Shown: piece by piece, positions 61,828 to 64,000 of the stretch
Numbering within the stretch: the first letter of the stretch is position 1
How the letters are laid out: every line of letters starts with the position of its first letter
The notes under the pieces: generated by a model
The model's database searches: none
What the model saw: only the letters and a program-made list of their open reading frames with translations
What the model was told of the DNA's origin: nothing
Origin: Octopus bimaculoides
Taxonomy: Eukaryota
Assembly: GCF_001194135.2 (NCBI RefSeq)
Contig: NC_069002.1
Location: 27,770,646-27,834,645, forward strand
Length of the DNA: 64,000 nt
Direction of reading: 5' to 3'
Translations under genes and position numbers: made by a program

Positions 61828-62281
61828 CTGAAAACAATCATTTTACGATATAATTAAAACGACAGTTATTAAATGGAATCCAAAGAAACCAAAGCAGACG
61901 ACGAAAAATGACAAAAAAAGAAAGTTTGAAACGTATTTAATAAGTACTTCATAAAATATTCGGTAAACTTATCGAAGCATGAACGTAATTAAAGATCTTC
62001 GATACAAAAGAGGGGGCGAAAGTAATGAATACGTACACCCGGTGTTGGGGTTAGGATTAGGGGTTTTTGTTGAACCGAAAACGGGTGGTATACGTATTCT
62101 TTACCTCTACCAAAGAGGGACCACATACAAACACGCTGGACTCCACAAAAATTCTAAGTCTGATATTTTAGTAAAATATAGCATAAAATGGTAATTAAGT
62201 TTGTTTCATTAGTCTCAGCAACCACAGGTTCCCTCATTGTCTCTCATAACGTATTATTATTATTTACACTTTATGAATAGA

Positions 62282-63610
62282 ACTAGCAGAAATACCCGGC
62301 TTTGCCCGGGTTAAAGAGAATAATGAAATCTAAAAATGCCATCTAGACTACGCAACCCTCAACTGTTAGTAGCTACGATACCATATTTCTACATTAATAA
62401 CTCTCCAATCCATGCCAGCATGGAACATAGACATTAAGTGGAATGCCAGTCTCTCATCTAGGAGGGCCTTGAAATCAATGTTACCAACTGGGGACTATGT
62501 GTGTCGCAGTGATAATAAAAAGACCCAAAGGAGGTCTGCAACGAAATAATTTTACTCAACACTTTGCAAGTGAATCAGTGGAGGCAAAGATGCGTCTCAT
62601 TTACTTGACAATTTATGCACCACATTGCAGAAATCCNNNNNNNNNNNNNNNNNNNNNNNNNNNNNNNNNNNNNNNNNNNNNNNNNNNNNNNNNNNNNNNN
62701 NNNNNNNNNNNNNNNNNNNNNNNNNNNNNNNNNNNNNNNNNNNNNNNNNNNNNNNNNNNNNNNNNNNNNNNNNNNNNNNNNNNNNNNNNNNNNNNNNNNN
62801 NNNNNNNNNNNNNNNNNNNNNNNNNNNNNNNNNNNNNNNNNNNNNNNNNNNNNNNNNNNNNNNNNNNNNNNNNNNNNNNNNNNNNNNNNNNNNNNNNNNN
62901 NNNNNNNNNNNNNNNNNNNNNNNNNNNNNNNNNNNNNNNNNNNNNNNNNNNNNNNNNNNNNNNNNNNNNNNNNNNNNNNNNNNNNNNNNNNNNNNNNNNN
63001 NNNNNNNNNNNNNNNNNNNNNNNNNNNNNNNNNNNNNNNNNNNNNNNNNNNNNNNNNNNNNNNNNNNNNNNNNNNNNNNNNNNNNNNNNNNNNNNNNNNN
63101 NNNNNNNNNNNNNNNNNNNNNNNNNNNNNNNNNNNNNNNNNNNNNNNNNNNNNNNNNNNNNNNNNNNNNNNNNNNNNNNNNNNNNNNNNNNNNNNNNNNN
63201 NNNNNNNNNNNNNNNNNNNNNNNNNNNNNNNNNNNNNNNNNNNNNNNNNNNNNNNNNNNNNNNNNNNNNNCTCTTTCTCTCTCTGTGAAAGTATCTGTCA
63301 CTACAGTATCGAAATGTGATTGTTTCAGTTAGTAGAATAGTTTCATTTTTAAAGTGAAAGTATTTGACATGAGTGTTTTTGTTTCACTTTTGACACGTAA
63401 TACTTAAATAGTGGAGGAGATATTATGTTGCCGTGGGCTCGAACTCTGCAAGAAGTTAAAATTTTTTTTGATTAAAACACAACTGGAACCCTAAGTAAGG
63501 CATCTGTAGAATTTGAATGAAATTGGTTGCGTAGTTCTCGAGTTTTAGGGATTCACACAGACAGACAGACAGACAGACAGACACACATTCTCATTTTTAT
63601 ATATATAGAT
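62282..63610 (+). mobile_element. Non-autonomous Helitron-like element (Lep1-like architecture), centre in gap
   Basis: 5' ACTAGCAGAAATACCCGGCTTTGCCCGGG; 3' (ACAG)n then TTTTTATATATATAGAT. Confidence 0.6.
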
Positions 63611-64000
63611 AACCAAACGTCTACAAAAATACTGAGGTGAGCAGCTTTATGTCTAGTATAAAATATACAATAACAGTAATTAACGCGGTTTAATTAATCG
63701 TAGTATTTTGTAAATTGGATGTAGAATGTAGTTTGTCGCTTCTATGGAAGAAAGTCGTTGTTTACTTATAGATTCGGCAACTTAATCAAATGTTAGATAA
63801 AATTAGGTGCTTCCTTTTAAGTATTCAACTTTAAAATAACGGAAAATAAAGAAATATAGACATTATCGTGATATTAAAAATCCTGCAAAAAACATGTCTG
63901 TCATTCAGAGAGTTAAACGTTGTACAAATCTGAGATATCTAGCGACCAAATAAAGATGTGTTGCGCCTCAAATACTGTCTCAAATATAAGGCATAAAGTA

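Overview
AT-rich, repeat-dense animal genomic DNA from a gapped draft assembly (about a dozen N-runs). The SINE, RTE and microsatellite landscape looks like an octopus (coleoid cephalopod) genome; that assignment is inference. Two spliced genes lie in tandem on the minus strand, both reconstructed by hand from GT-AG junctions with consistent phases. (1) MRPS31, mitochondrial small-subunit ribosomal protein S31: 7 coding exons found between 61827 and the stop at 46046; the first exon is unresolved and one exon runs into a gap. (2) About 2 kb downstream, the first 14 recognisable coding exons of the giant E3 ligase UBR4/p600 (ATG at 43979), continuing off the left edge; one segment falls in a gap. 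Introns contain at least three tRNA-derived SINE families, RTE LINE fragments and tails, piggyBac-like, hAT and Tc1/mariner MITEs, a mariner relic, a Merlin relic, Helitron/Helentron-like elements and a probable solo LTR. The most unusual object is a ~440-bp near-perfect palindrome in an MRPS31 intron (50897-51336). Each arm is a tRNA-like Pol III head joined to a Penelope-type minimal hammerhead ribozyme core. Most long entries in the ORF track are artefacts of N-gaps or microsatellites. No CRISPR array, rRNA or authentic tRNA gene was found. SINE/LINE boundaries are approximate unless a target-site duplication is quoted.
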